A stretch of DNA of 64,000 bases from a bacterium (GCA_963662285.2 CAXXMV010000006.1:1024001-1088000); one strand, 5' to 3'; counted from the stretch's first letter, positions 47,668 through 57,567 are shown. The notes: generated by a model from the sequence alone, not told the origin. A program made the numbers and translations.

Positions 47668-48813
47668 CTATTTATCTTTGGATGTATTAACTACAATGGA
47701 ATCTCCATCACTTAAAAGGTGTTGCCCCATAACAATAACTTGCTCACAGGGCTGTTCGCTGGTTATTTCAGTTAATTGGGGATTAGAAATTCCTTTGGTG
47801 ATTGGAATAAATCTGGTGGTGGTTTGGTTGGCATCCGGAACAAAGACGCCCAGCTGGGTTTCTCTTTTAACAATGGCATGGCTAGGCGCCAGCATGACAT
47901 TTTTACGGATGCCATATTGAATTCGAACTCTTGCGAACATACCAGGCTTGAGAAGCAGGTGTGAGTTTTCAAATTCGATCTCTGTCTCTGCGGTTCTGGT
48001 GTCAGGGTCGAGAATAGGAGCGATGCGGGTCACTTCTCCTTCGAAAATCTGATTGGGATAGGCATCCACCTTTAGAATTGCTTTCAAACCAATCAGAACT
48101 TTGGCGTAATCACGCTCAACCACGCTGATAACCGTTTTTACCACAGACATATTTGCTAAAGAGACAATGGGAGTTGATGCAGACATCATGGCGCCTTCAT
48201 CAACATAACGTTTTCCGACAAATCCGGTGATTGGAGAATTGATTTGGGTATAGGAGAGCCTGGTTTGCGCCGCTCGAAGGGCAGCTTCCTGTTGAGTGAT
48301 GCTGGCTTCCGCCACTCTTTTACGTCCCAGAAATTTGGCCACTTCCGATTCAGAGGTCTCCAGCTCGGTTTCTGCGGCCACTTTTCTTTGGCGGAGAGTT
48401 TTGATGCGTTCCAGCTCGTTTTGAGCAGTAGCAACCGAGGTATTGATCTCTTCAAGCGCGGCTCTTGCCACTAATAATCTGGCTTTGGCCTCATCAACTT
48501 CATTTTTGATCTCTTCATCATCCAAAGTCGCCAATAATTGGCCTTGCTCAACTTTATCGCCGAGATCAACATAAATCTTATTGACCAGACCGGAGATTTT
48601 AGGAGACACGGAAACTTCGGCATTTCCCGCTAAGGCGCCGGTAAATTCCGCTGTATCTTCAATGTCTCCAATGGTAATATTTTCGCATATTACAGCAATT
48701 GGCGTTTTGCCCCGTTTTAACGATTTTTCTTTAGATGATGCGAATAAAATGAGTTTCCATATTACAAGAGCCGCTAAAACTAGAACAAATGATATCAGAA
48801 TAATTTTTCTCAT
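47668..48813 (-). CDS. RND efflux periplasmic adaptor (membrane fusion protein)
   Basis: VSPKISG..V..GDKV..GQLLA, coiled hairpin, SPITGFV, DPDTRT and LKPGMFA. Confidence 0.94.
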   Translation of the reverse strand: MRKIILISFVLVLAALVIWKLILFASSKEKSLKRGKTPIAVICENITIGDIEDTAEFTGALAGNAEVSVSPKISGLVNKIYVDLGDKVEQGQLLATLDDEEIKNEVDEAKARLLVARAALEEINTSVATAQNELERIKTLRQRKVAAETELETSESEVAKFLGRKRVAEASITQQEAALRAAQTRLSYTQINSPITGFVGKRYVDEGAMMSASTPIVSLANMSVVKTVISVVERDYAKVLIGLKAILKVDAYPNQIFEGEVTRIAPILDPDTRTAETEIEFENSHLLLKPGMFARVRIQYGIRKNVMLAPSHAIVKRETQLGVFVPDANQTTTRFIPITKGISNPQLTEITSEQPCEQVIVMGQHLLSDGDSIVVNTSKDK

Positions 48814-49426
48814 GATTTTCCGGATAATATAGAATTTAATTGTTTCATATCAGAATGAAAAGGATCAAAATATTAGTCATAAATGTTCAAGCAATTGTTC
48901 CTTTAAACCTTTTATTCAAAGATATTTGAATATTCTTCTATAGAGTGATTTTCATAATAATGTTCTGATTCGTGATCCGAAAATCCAGAAAAGATTGGTT
49001 TTTCAAAGAGCAAACATATTAATAAACGAATATAATTTTGATAATCGCTCTAGAATTTAATGCCACCTGAATAATAAGACTGAGCTGACCTCCAGGTCTA
49101 GTACTCCAGAAGGTTCTTTTTAAGTAAAATCAGGGTGTATAGTTTTATGTTTATTTATGGGTCGGTTTTAAGAGATATTCTTTTAATTACCTTAGGTTAA
49201 GCGCTAAAATATGCATTATTTTGTTTTTGATTAATGGCTTCCCTTTACATTAGGAAAAAAATATGCCCAAATAGATAATATAAATCACTATATTAATATA
49301 TTCTGGTAGATATCATAAATCATCCATAATTATTAATTATTAAATCCTCCCTTTGTAGAGGGGAATCTGCGTATTTTTTTATTACTTAAACCTCAATGAG
49401 GAATCTTAAAAATAGTAAAGGGGAAT

Positions 49427-50203
49427 ATGTCTATGAAAAAGATGTTAGGTCTAGTAGTTCTATGTGCTTGTATGCTTCTTTTAGTTACAGGAGTTGAGGC
49501 GCAAGTGGTCAAAGAGATTAATTTCTCTGCAGCTGAAGGTTATGTGGACGGATTGCTGATTGGACAGCCAGCCAATAGTGATTCAAAGTGGACTGCTGCC
49601 AGCGAAGCCCAGGGTGTGGATACTTTTATGGTAGAGAACGAAGCCATGCTCGTTCATCCTGATGGAACAGGAACGATTTGGCTTAATATCAGTTTCCCGG
49701 TCCAACATACCGGTTTTCTTACCGCTACCTGGGATTGGCAATATTTTGGACCACCGGAAAAGCATATGGATTTAGGTTTTACAATCGGCGATTTAGCCAA
49801 TTACCTGGTCGATGGCGATCCATACACCGTGTTTAACGAACAAAGCGCCATCACCCGCATGGGCGATCTTATCGATGCTCGAAACGGCGATTGGGTCGGC
49901 GGCGGCAGTTGGGAATCAGCGAATGGCGTTGAATACCGGGATGGAGTATTGGTTCATATGCGCATGGTCGTTGACATCCAAGAATGGTATTTTGACATCT
50001 ACGCACAAAGAGATGGTGAAGAGGAAGCTTTGGTGGCGGATGATTTTCTTTTCCGTCGCGCAACTTCAGGAGAAACCGATGGAGTGAATGGGATAACCTT
50101 GTGGTTGAATGGCGGCGATCCTGAAACCAGCGTTGTTCTGGATAACATTCTCCTGGTCGGTCCTGAACCAATCGCGTCTGTTGATAGTTGGGATTTATTT
50201 TAA
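49427..50203 (+). CDS. Secreted acidic beta-sandwich-like hypothetical protein
   Basis: Sec signal (VEA|Q), beta-rich acidic mature region ending LDNILL..PEPIASVDSWDLF. RBS aagggg upstream. Confidence 0.8.
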   Translation: MSMKKMLGLVVLCACMLLLVTGVEAQVVKEINFSAAEGYVDGLLIGQPANSDSKWTAASEAQGVDTFMVENEAMLVHPDGTGTIWLNISFPVQHTGFLTATWDWQYFGPPEKHMDLGFTIGDLANYLVDGDPYTVFNEQSAITRMGDLIDARNGDWVGGGSWESANGVEYRDGVLVHMRMVVDIQEWYFDIYAQRDGEEEALVADDFLFRRATSGETDGVNGITLWLNGGDPETSVVLDNILLVGPEPIASVDSWDLF

Positions 50204-50272
50204 TCCTTCATTCCATAAAAAATATTATTTAGATGGAATGATGTTAGATTGATCTTAAGAGTATTGGATTAT

Positions 50273-50303
50273 CCGGGACGCAACTCAACAGGCTGCGTCC
50301 CGG
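50273..50303. terminator. Hairpin between convergent genes
   Basis: ccgggacgca-N11-tgcgtcccgg perfect 10-bp stem. No strong T tail. Confidence 0.5.
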
Positions 50304-50310
50304 TTGTAGT

Positions 50311-51699
50311 TTATAGGTTATTTTTTTGCGTCAGGATTGGATAAGCAGGTGACGGCGTATACGCTTTTTCAAAGATGTCTTCAATCTGTGAAACGATATG
50401 GGGATGTTGATGAGCGATGTTGTCTGATTCGCTGATATCGTTTTTTAGATCGTATAATTCAATAGGCGAACCAATGCCATTGCGGATGCCTTTCCAGTCT
50501 CCCATGCGGGCTGCTTGCAAGTATTTTTTTCTGGCGTGTCCATAATCCCAATAGAGATATTTGTGTTGTTGCTTTTGTTCTTTTCCAAGCAGGGAAGGGA
50601 GGATGGATATTCCATCGATGTTATCGGGAGCGTCAGTTCCCGCCAGTTCAGCCAAGGTTGGCATGATATCCCAAAAGGCAAAGGGCTGGTGGTTGGAATG
50701 ATTGGCTGGTACATGACCAGGCCACCGAACGATCATTGGTATCCTGATTCCCCCTTCGTACATTGAACGTTTTGCGCCCCGCAGTGGTCCGGCGCTATTA
50801 AAGAACGATGGTTTGTGTAAAGCCTCAACCGATGGCCCGTTATCGCTGGTGAAAAACAGAATGGTGTTATTGTCGATGTTTAATTCTTTCAACCGTTTTA
50901 AGATGCGTCCAACGTCGCGATCCATCCGCGTCACCATAGCGGCGTAATTTTTTTCGACCTGCGGCCAATCACGGCTGCTGTATGGTTCGTCGCTGGGCAC
51001 GATTTGTGAGTCGGGCGAATCCTCTGGATAATCCGACCAATGGGGGATGGTGTAAGCCAGATACAGAAAGAATGGTTTCTCTTTTGATTCATCGATAAAG
51101 TTTAAGGCGCGATCTGTGAAAAGGTCATGGGTGTATTCTTGTTTCTGTTCACCCCGGTTTCCTGAGAGTAGTTTGATGCGGTCATTATCCCAGAGGTAAT
51201 CTGGATAGTAGAAATGCGCCTGATCCTGATCTAAGTGACCGAACCAGTCATCGAATCCCTGATCGTTGGGTTTGCCTTCTGATCCATGAACGCCCAGGCT
51301 CCATTTACCAACGCATCCGGTTCGATATCCGGCTTGGCGCAGCACTTCAGCAATAGTGATATCAGAATCAAGCAGGAAGGTTCCGTGAGGGATATTGTCG
51401 CGCAGCCGACTATGTCCATTATGCATTCCTGTCATCAAGCAGCATCGTGATGGAGCGCATACTGTGGAACCGGCGTAAGTCTGCGTGCATCGCGTTCCCT
51501 CAAGCGCCATCTGGTCGATGCAGGGCGTTTGAATCATTTTCTGACCATAACAGCCCAGGTCGCCATATCCTAAATCATCCGCCATTATGAAAATGATGTT
51601 TGGTTTGTTTTTGGAATCAGCGAAAGCATTATTGGGGTATGGGATTGAATTCAATAGTAGAGATGACGCTGCGCCGGATAAGAAAGTTCTACGTTTCAT
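50311..51699 (-). CDS. Tat-exported arylsulfatase (S1 family, Cys-type)
   Basis: KRRTFLS, PNIIFIMADDLGYGD, CAPSR, GKW, FTSDNG, YEGGIRIP and ELYDL. Confidence 0.95.
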   Translation of the reverse strand: MKRRTFLSGAASSLLLNSIPYPNNAFADSKNKPNIIFIMADDLGYGDLGCYGQKMIQTPCIDQMALEGTRCTQTYAGSTVCAPSRCCLMTGMHNGHSRLRDNIPHGTFLLDSDITIAEVLRQAGYRTGCVGKWSLGVHGSEGKPNDQGFDDWFGHLDQDQAHFYYPDYLWDNDRIKLLSGNRGEQKQEYTHDLFTDRALNFIDESKEKPFFLYLAYTIPHWSDYPEDSPDSQIVPSDEPYSSRDWPQVEKNYAAMVTRMDRDVGRILKRLKELNIDNNTILFFTSDNGPSVEALHKPSFFNSAGPLRGAKRSMYEGGIRIPMIVRWPGHVPANHSNHQPFAFWDIMPTLAELAGTDAPDNIDGISILPSLLGKEQKQQHKYLYWDYGHARKKYLQAARMGDWKGIRNGIGSPIELYDLKNDISESDNIAHQHPHIVSQIEDIFEKAYTPSPAYPILTQKNNL

Positions 51700-52042
51700 G
51701 TACTTCTCCAAAAATAAAATTTAACGAAAAAGTTAGAAGGGCATAATCTATAACTTAAAAGAATACACTTGAAAAAGAATTATATATCACAGATATGCCG
51801 TTGACGTAAGAATGACTGACATTTATCTATTATTTTTCAATATTAGAGGTAAAACAGAATGTTTGCTTGACAAAAGGGTGAATATATGGGAGATTGAGTA
51901 TTCCAATTATTTGGAACTTTATGTTTTGCCTTGGCATCTTCAGGGATTTGGAAACTGTATTTGATAAAAATACGTTTCCTGACTCACTTGAACGAACAAA
52001 TCGCTCAAGATTAAACCAACCGATTTAACAGGAGATGATATT

Positions 52043-52135
52043 ATGGCGAAAAAGGACAAAGATAAGAAGGATAAGAAAAAAGACAAGAAGAAAGATAAAA
52101 AAAAGAACAAGAAGAAAGACAAGAAGAAAAAGTAA
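52043..52135 (+). CDS. 30-aa Lys/Asp-rich small protein MAKKDKDKKDKKKDKKKDKKKNKKKDKKKK (below the ORF-track cutoff)
   Basis: RBS aggag upstream of ATG 52043 and TAA at 52133-52135. Synonymous codons vary (aaa/aag, gac/gat) while the KKKD period is kept. Upstream TTGACA (51867) and a downstream terminator. Confidence 0.75.
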   Translation: MAKKDKDKKDKKKDKKKDKKKNKKKDKKKK

Positions 52136-52223
52136 CTAGAATTTGTTGAATGAATCACAGTGCAGTTACGGTTGCGTATATTGCAGACTTCTTATGGTAG
52201 ACTAAAACATATTTAGAATCCCA

Positions 52224-52252
52224 GGAGAGATTTTCGGTCTCTCTTTTTTTTT
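52224..52252 (+). terminator. Rho-independent terminator downstream of the K/D peptide
   Basis: gagaga-ttttcgg-tctctc followed by nine T. Confidence 0.7.
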
Positions 52253-52270
52253 GTTTAAGATACATGAACT

Positions 52271-52618
52271 TTATGCTGCGGGACAGGCGACTTTTTTCCA
52301 GATTTCTTCCTGATCCCGGCAGTTGTCCGATAATACGAATGGAGTGACAGTGGCGTCATTGCGTTTCATGGTCATATTGCGGTACTGGTTTAAGCAATAG
52401 GCCGGTAGATCAACAGTGATTTCGCTGTGTGGAGGGATTTCCAGTTCGGTATTTTCTGCCAGAGCGGCGTTTTGCAGCCCCATAGAAGGAAGCAGGATTT
52501 CAAAGCAACGCCCTTTTTCCAAAAAAATAGTTTGCGGTTCAGCAGTTGGATTTTCTAACTCAAGATGGACGGATAGAAAAGGAGGAATCATTTTATTAAT
52601 CCTTTTGGTTTGAATCAT
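52271..52618 (-). CDS. Hypothetical protein (115 aa, small beta-sandwich with a PAYCLN motif)
   Basis: LENPTAEPQTIFLEKG..QN..IPPHS..LPAYCLN..QEEIW. Overlaps the upstream gene by 23 bp. Confidence 0.65.
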   Translation of the reverse strand: MIQTKRINKMIPPFLSVHLELENPTAEPQTIFLEKGRCFEILLPSMGLQNAALAENTELEIPPHSEITVDLPAYCLNQYRNMTMKRNDATVTPFVLSDNCRDQEEIWKKVACPAA

Positions 52619-53723
52619 GTTTTTGAGATAGATGATATTGAGGCCAGATCATTCGTTTTGGCCTTTGGTTCATCTGTGGTAAATCAGGCGACTGGTATGA
52701 TCCCTCAATCCATGCATTTTTAAGAATGACGCGGCTATTGTTCATTGCTTCCGGTAAACTTCCCACTCGAACCGATGGATAAAAATGGAGTGAATTGGCG
52801 TTGTGAATTTCAAAACTGTCATCTCCATCACGCCAACCGGATATTAGATTTACATCTTTGTTGCATGCTATAAGTAATGAGCGTCCCCCAACGGTTTTGC
52901 CTTTATCCTTCTTGCGTCCGATGGGAACGTCTTGATATGCGCGACGGCTAATATCTTCAGCTTTTTCTTCCTTTAGAATATTAATAATATTTTTAGTCGG
53001 TTCCATGGAAATTCTTTGCCCGGGCAAAGGCAGGTTGATGACGTTATCCAGTTGCTTGCGTTCTTTTTTTACTTCTGGAGGTAAGTTATCTTCTTCTTTA
53101 TCAAGGTATTCCAATGCATGACGAGTGGGCCGGTTTATGAGGCGCTCCAGGTTCTCTTCGAATTGCGTCATCCAAGCTGTTTCCGGTTCGCGCACCACGG
53201 CGCATTGACCCTCCTTAAAGAATGGATAGAAGCATGTGCTTTTGAATTCTTTACGGAGAAATGAAAGGCTATTCCATAATTCTTCATCAATCAGGAATAA
53301 TGGGCCGCCTAGTTGATAGATTGCTGAGTCGATCTGGTTGGTATCCAGCACCTGAGTATTATTTCCATAGGTTATATAAAATAGAAGTGGAAAATGTCCT
53401 ATTTTGGGAACTATGATTTCAGTCCACTTGCGCATGACTTCTATGGCGATTTTCTCGTCCGGTACATTCTGCTGATTGAGTTGGCAGATGAGTTTTTTTT
53501 CTGATGAGATTAATACAGTGCATAGCGCGTCTGGATTTTGGCCTATAGCTTGACGCAGACTTTTGCATCTATCCTGCATCCATGATTTTGGATCAGCATC
53601 AGCGAGAAAGTCGTTTAGTCTATCTTCTGAATAACGGGAAACAATAAATACGGTTAATATTGCTGACATATTCCAACCTTCTATACTACAGTCTTCCAAC
53701 ACAAAAGAATCCATATTGTACAT
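52596..53723 (-). CDS. Hypothetical cytoplasmic protein (375 aa)
   Basis: Long ORF with normal composition, no recognised motif and no signal peptide. Start uncertain. Confidence 0.65.
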   Translation of the reverse strand: MYNMDSFVLEDCSIEGWNMSAILTVFIVSRYSEDRLNDFLADADPKSWMQDRCKSLRQAIGQNPDALCTVLISSEKKLICQLNQQNVPDEKIAIEVMRKWTEIIVPKIGHFPLLFYITYGNNTQVLDTNQIDSAIYQLGGPLFLIDEELWNSLSFLRKEFKSTCFYPFFKEGQCAVVREPETAWMTQFEENLERLINRPTRHALEYLDKEEDNLPPEVKKERKQLDNVINLPLPGQRISMEPTKNIINILKEEKAEDISRRAYQDVPIGRKKDKGKTVGGRSLLIACNKDVNLISGWRDGDDSFEIHNANSLHFYPSVRVGSLPEAMNNSRVILKNAWIEGSYQSPDLPQMNQRPKRMIWPQYHLSQKHDSNQKD

Positions 53724-53825
53724 GCATTACATCTACGTACAAAATAGTATTTAATTAAGAGAAACAAATCGATATCATTCAAGAATATGTTATTACGAAT
53801 TGGATTTGTAAAATAGAGTAGTCTA

Positions 53826-55742
53826 CTATTTTCCCGGCCAATCCCAATTTACTAAATCATCGCTCCAGGCCATCCCCATACTGGCATAACCATGCGCGCC
53901 TATTGCCTTTAGTCCATCTTTTGAACTGCCGTGAAAGAACATGACGCACTTTCCTATAGTTGGATTATCCCGTAGATCAACCACTGTCGCCGCAGTTAAT
54001 CTGCCTTGCGCCCAGGGCCATTGTTTTTGCCCCAGGGTAATGAGTTGAACGTCATCGCCCCACTGTTCTATGTTTTGGGACCGTTTGACGCCAATGCCAT
54101 TTTGAGGTGAATGGAACATGATGAATTCTTCATAGTCTTTGAGGACCGTTACATTTTCTCCAGCTTTTCTATGACCCGCGTATGTCCAGTTTTTCAGGTC
54201 ATACGAATATGAGAGGCTGACGCCGTTTTGTTTGTAGAAACACCACCACTTGCCATCGGCGTCTTGAAACAGGTAGGGATCAATCATACGTCCCATATCT
54301 TCAACTGGAATATCAGCGCCCTTAACCGCTAATAATTCAGGTTGAGACCATTGTTCTAAATCATTGCTGCGCATGATCCAGATGCGTGATGTTTGATTGC
54401 CCCATTTTTCCAGATTGGGCGTGGGGTAGGTTTGCAGGCAGATTAACCATTGATTATCAAAGCGGATGATATTTCCCGGACTGGAATAATTCAGATCACG
54501 GTCGCGGGGCGTGATAGTGCGGGGAAAAGTCCAATGGATCAGGTCGCGGCTTTTGCTGTAGGCCGTCATATTATAATAACCGCCATCCGCAGTTGATTCT
54601 GATAGGGTGAAATATAGATAGAAGGTTTGGTTGTGATAGACCACCGCCGGATCGCGGTAAGCGAATTTGGAGTCTCCCTGGAAAATTATGGGAGAGGTTA
54701 TATCACTCCAGCTAATTTTTGGGGGTAGTTTATGGTCAGATGGTTTTACGCCAGTCTTATGTCCATTGAAACCAATTGGATTTGGATTGTATTCGCCGAT
54801 CAAATCCACATTAGATTTTTCTGGGATATCTTTTTCCATGCCCAGACCCCAATAGCATGCGTTTACTATAAGGCGTCTGAAACCTTCGTTTTTAAAATCA
54901 TCTCCATGTCCCATGGTAGAAGTGAATACTCTTGATTCTTTCCCTTTGGCGCCGGTATATGTCTTGGCCCAGGCAACGGGAACTAGTTCTTTATCAGAAT
55001 TGGGGGGATCATTTGGATTCATACCGGTTAAAACTTGACCCATGATAAGTGGTTGGCAATCACCGTTTAAGGTTGTGATTCCATAAACATCTGAAGGTCC
55101 CCAGATATCCCGGCAACCTTTGACAATTGGGTGTTGCTCCATCCCTTCAGCAATATGGCCGCGCGTGCTTTCTACTTGATGGCTGCCATAGTGTTTGATC
55201 CATGTTTCCCCCAGGATTTGCCGACCGAATCCGCCATAGAAGTCGTTTCCTTTATATCTGTAATCATATCTGATATAGGTTTTACTATTGTCATCAATCT
55301 TGAAAGCAGCTACCGTCGGTCTTATGCCGATCATGGGTTTTCCGGAGTTGGTGTAATCAACAATGCATTTCATCTGTTCATCGGGTAAATCCCGGAAGCG
55401 GATAAAAATGATCATCAAATCGGCGGATTGGAGAAGATCAAGCCCAGGTATATTGTCGCTCTGATAAGGATTTATGGTTCCATCCTTACGGTCTATAGCG
55501 AAGAGCACCGTGCATTTGAATCCATGACGCAGCGCCAGAATTTTGGCTAATTGGGGCATTGATTCTTCTGATCGATATTCCTCATCGCCTGTAACCAAGA
55601 CGATATGCTTGCCATTTCCCGCGCCGTTGGCGCCTTCAAACGAAATCCATTGATCAGCCGCCTGGGTCTGGTGAATCAAGTAAAAAAAGGTTCCGGTGAA
55701 TAACCAGAACCAGATAGATATCTTAATGTAATACTGTTTCAT
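53826..55742 (-). CDS. Secreted fusion of a ThuA-like domain and a five-bladed beta-propeller glycoside hydrolase-like domain
   Basis: KHIVLVTGDEEYRSEE..RVFTSTMGH (ThuA-like), then AYRDPAV, YSSPGN, RMIDPYL and AWSDDLVNW (GH43/32/130-like). Confidence 0.8.
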   Translation of the reverse strand: MKQYYIKISIWFWLFTGTFFYLIHQTQAADQWISFEGANGAGNGKHIVLVTGDEEYRSEESMPQLAKILALRHGFKCTVLFAIDRKDGTINPYQSDNIPGLDLLQSADLMIIFIRFRDLPDEQMKCIVDYTNSGKPMIGIRPTVAAFKIDDNSKTYIRYDYRYKGNDFYGGFGRQILGETWIKHYGSHQVESTRGHIAEGMEQHPIVKGCRDIWGPSDVYGITTLNGDCQPLIMGQVLTGMNPNDPPNSDKELVPVAWAKTYTGAKGKESRVFTSTMGHGDDFKNEGFRRLIVNACYWGLGMEKDIPEKSNVDLIGEYNPNPIGFNGHKTGVKPSDHKLPPKISWSDITSPIIFQGDSKFAYRDPAVVYHNQTFYLYFTLSESTADGGYYNMTAYSKSRDLIHWTFPRTITPRDRDLNYSSPGNIIRFDNQWLICLQTYPTPNLEKWGNQTSRIWIMRSNDLEQWSQPELLAVKGADIPVEDMGRMIDPYLFQDADGKWWCFYKQNGVSLSYSYDLKNWTYAGHRKAGENVTVLKDYEEFIMFHSPQNGIGVKRSQNIEQWGDDVQLITLGQKQWPWAQGRLTAATVVDLRDNPTIGKCVMFFHGSSKDGLKAIGAHGYASMGMAWSDDLVNWDWPGK

Positions 55743-55770
55743 TATAATAAGGTCTTTCTATTAAAATTGC

Positions 55771-55973
55771 GTCGTTATCAACCCTCTCCTAAACTCTCCC
55801 AATCTTGGGAGAGGAATGTTAGACTAAAGTGTTTAGTATGACTAAGTCAAAATTATATAACTGGTTATATGCCAAAACCCCTCTCCCCCAAGCATGGGTG
55901 AGAATTCAAGAGGGGATTGTTATATGAATCCTTTTCATAAATAATCAAAATCCTAATTGAACTGCTGTTCAGG
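55771..55973. repeat. ~200-bp intergenic BIME/MITE-like palindromic element, copy 2
   Basis: Same orientation and module order as 4910-5112. Confidence 0.85.
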
Positions 55974-55982
55974 GGATTATGA

Positions 55983-57296
55983 TTATACCTCAAGTTTCCA
56001 TGGTTTGCGGTAAGGTCTTCTGAGCCATGAATTCAGTTCTGGGTGGTTGGTGATTCTCTCATTTTCGCCATCCCATACCAGGCGCTCGCCCGTTCTGTAG
56101 GCAATGCTGCCTAAATGGCAGATATTGGATGCTTTATGACATACTTCCACATCGCAGACGCAACGTTCGCGCGTTTTTAATTTTGTCAGGAAATCCATGA
56201 CATGCCGAGTATTCATGTCCAGGTGATCTACCGTTTTATCTATGGCTGGGGTTCCCTTACCGAAAGGTTCTTTTTCCGGCCAGACGATAAGCCGGTCGCG
56301 ATCCAGGAAAAGAGTCCCTTTTGATCCATAGAATTCAATGCCGTATCCGTCCCAGGTGGCCATTTTAGGTTGATGAGGTGGATCAAAAGCATTGCCGGAG
56401 CGGAGGGTGAACTCAACCAGGCAATCTTTGAATTTGAAGATAGTATCCAGCGTGTCGGGCGTTTCGGAGCAATCGGTGAAGAAGAATTTCCCACCCTCAG
56501 CGGATATGGAAAGCGGGTCGCTCTGCTGTATGCCCCATAGAACGATGTCTAGCTGATGGACTCCCCAATCTGTCATCCAACCGCCGTCGGTATCCCAGAA
56601 CCAGCGGAAACCGCCGTGGCATCTTTGGGGGAAATAGGGACGTTTGGGTAATGGTCCCAGCCAGAAATCCCAATCCAGTTCCTTGGGTGGTTCGGTAAAC
56701 CTGGCTTGTCCCATGCCTTGGGGATTATTATTACGCAGGCTCCAGCTTTTGGCTTTTTGGATATTACCTATGTAGCCTTCATGTAGTAACTTGACGCCTT
56801 CCTGGAAATTTTCGGCGGAATGAGATTGGGTTCCGCATTGCACCACGCGGTTGTATTTCCGGGCTGCTTTGATCATCTGCTGACCTTCCCAAACTGTAAC
56901 AGCCAAGGCTTTTTCGCAGTAGATATCCAACCCCGCTTTGCAGGCATCGACGAATGGCAGTGCATGCCAATGGGGAGGCGTGGCGATGATAACCGCATCT
57001 AATCCTTTATGTTCTAAAAGGTTACGATAATCCTTATAGGTTTTGACGTCTTCGCCTCCGGCGAGTTCCTGTCCTACTTTAAGACGATTCTGGTCAATAT
57101 CGCATACTGCCAGGAAATTAGCGTCGCATTTGAGGAATTCACGAATAAGGTCTTTTCCCCGGCCGCTGCATCCAATTAAACCAACATTAACCTGCTCATT
57201 GGCTCCCAGTACATTGATGGCTGGCGCTGAAGCCAGAAAAACGGAAGCGCCGGTTGCAACCCGGTTAAATTGTCTCCGTGAAATATCGTTATTCAT
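55983..57296 (-). CDS. Tat-exported Gfo/Idh/MocA family oxidoreductase
   Basis: ISRRQF, GLIGCSGRG, IATPPHWH, DIYCEK and FRWFWD..GG.MTDWGVH. Confidence 0.92.
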   Translation of the reverse strand: MNNDISRRQFNRVATGASVFLASAPAINVLGANEQVNVGLIGCSGRGKDLIREFLKCDANFLAVCDIDQNRLKVGQELAGGEDVKTYKDYRNLLEHKGLDAVIIATPPHWHALPFVDACKAGLDIYCEKALAVTVWEGQQMIKAARKYNRVVQCGTQSHSAENFQEGVKLLHEGYIGNIQKAKSWSLRNNNPQGMGQARFTEPPKELDWDFWLGPLPKRPYFPQRCHGGFRWFWDTDGGWMTDWGVHQLDIVLWGIQQSDPLSISAEGGKFFFTDCSETPDTLDTIFKFKDCLVEFTLRSGNAFDPPHQPKMATWDGYGIEFYGSKGTLFLDRDRLIVWPEKEPFGKGTPAIDKTVDHLDMNTRHVMDFLTKLKTRERCVCDVEVCHKASNICHLGSIAYRTGERLVWDGENERITNHPELNSWLRRPYRKPWKLEV

Positions 57297-57449
57297 TATT
57301 TTCTCCCAATAATTAAATGTAATCGATTATCAAGTTATTTTATTTCCTTAAATCTACAGCAATGCATTACCCCTGAATAGATGAAAAGAGTGAATTTTTT
57401 CATAATCTCTCTAATCATAACAATCAAATAATACAAAGTTTTTTTAATT

Positions 57450-57466
57450 TGGGCATAGAGGTTGCA
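57450..57466 (+). promoter_or_regulatory. sigma54 (-24/-12) promoter of flgKL
   Basis: TGGGCATAGAGGTTGCA gives GG-N10-GC with TTGCA, about 100 bp upstream of the flgK ATG. Confidence 0.7.
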
Positions 57467-57567
57467 ATATATCCAATAAATCCTCTTTCCAGGCAAGAGA
57501 ATCGGCAAAATTTGCCGGTTTTTGCCTGTGTAATATGGATAAATAATCCGAAAAACTGGATGAAGAC

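Noticed and set aside
48814-49426. 600-bp intergenic gap as a hidden ncRNA or small gene
   Set aside because: AT-rich divergent promoter region with no convincing ORF, stable structure or known motif.
52043-52135. K-rich peptide as a lysine attenuator leader
   Set aside because: No same-strand downstream gene to regulate, and no antiterminator overlap was seen.
51940-52158. 72-aa Phe/Leu/Ser-rich ORF on the minus strand
   Set aside because: It is the antisense shadow of the K/D peptide. The RBS and terminator support the plus strand.
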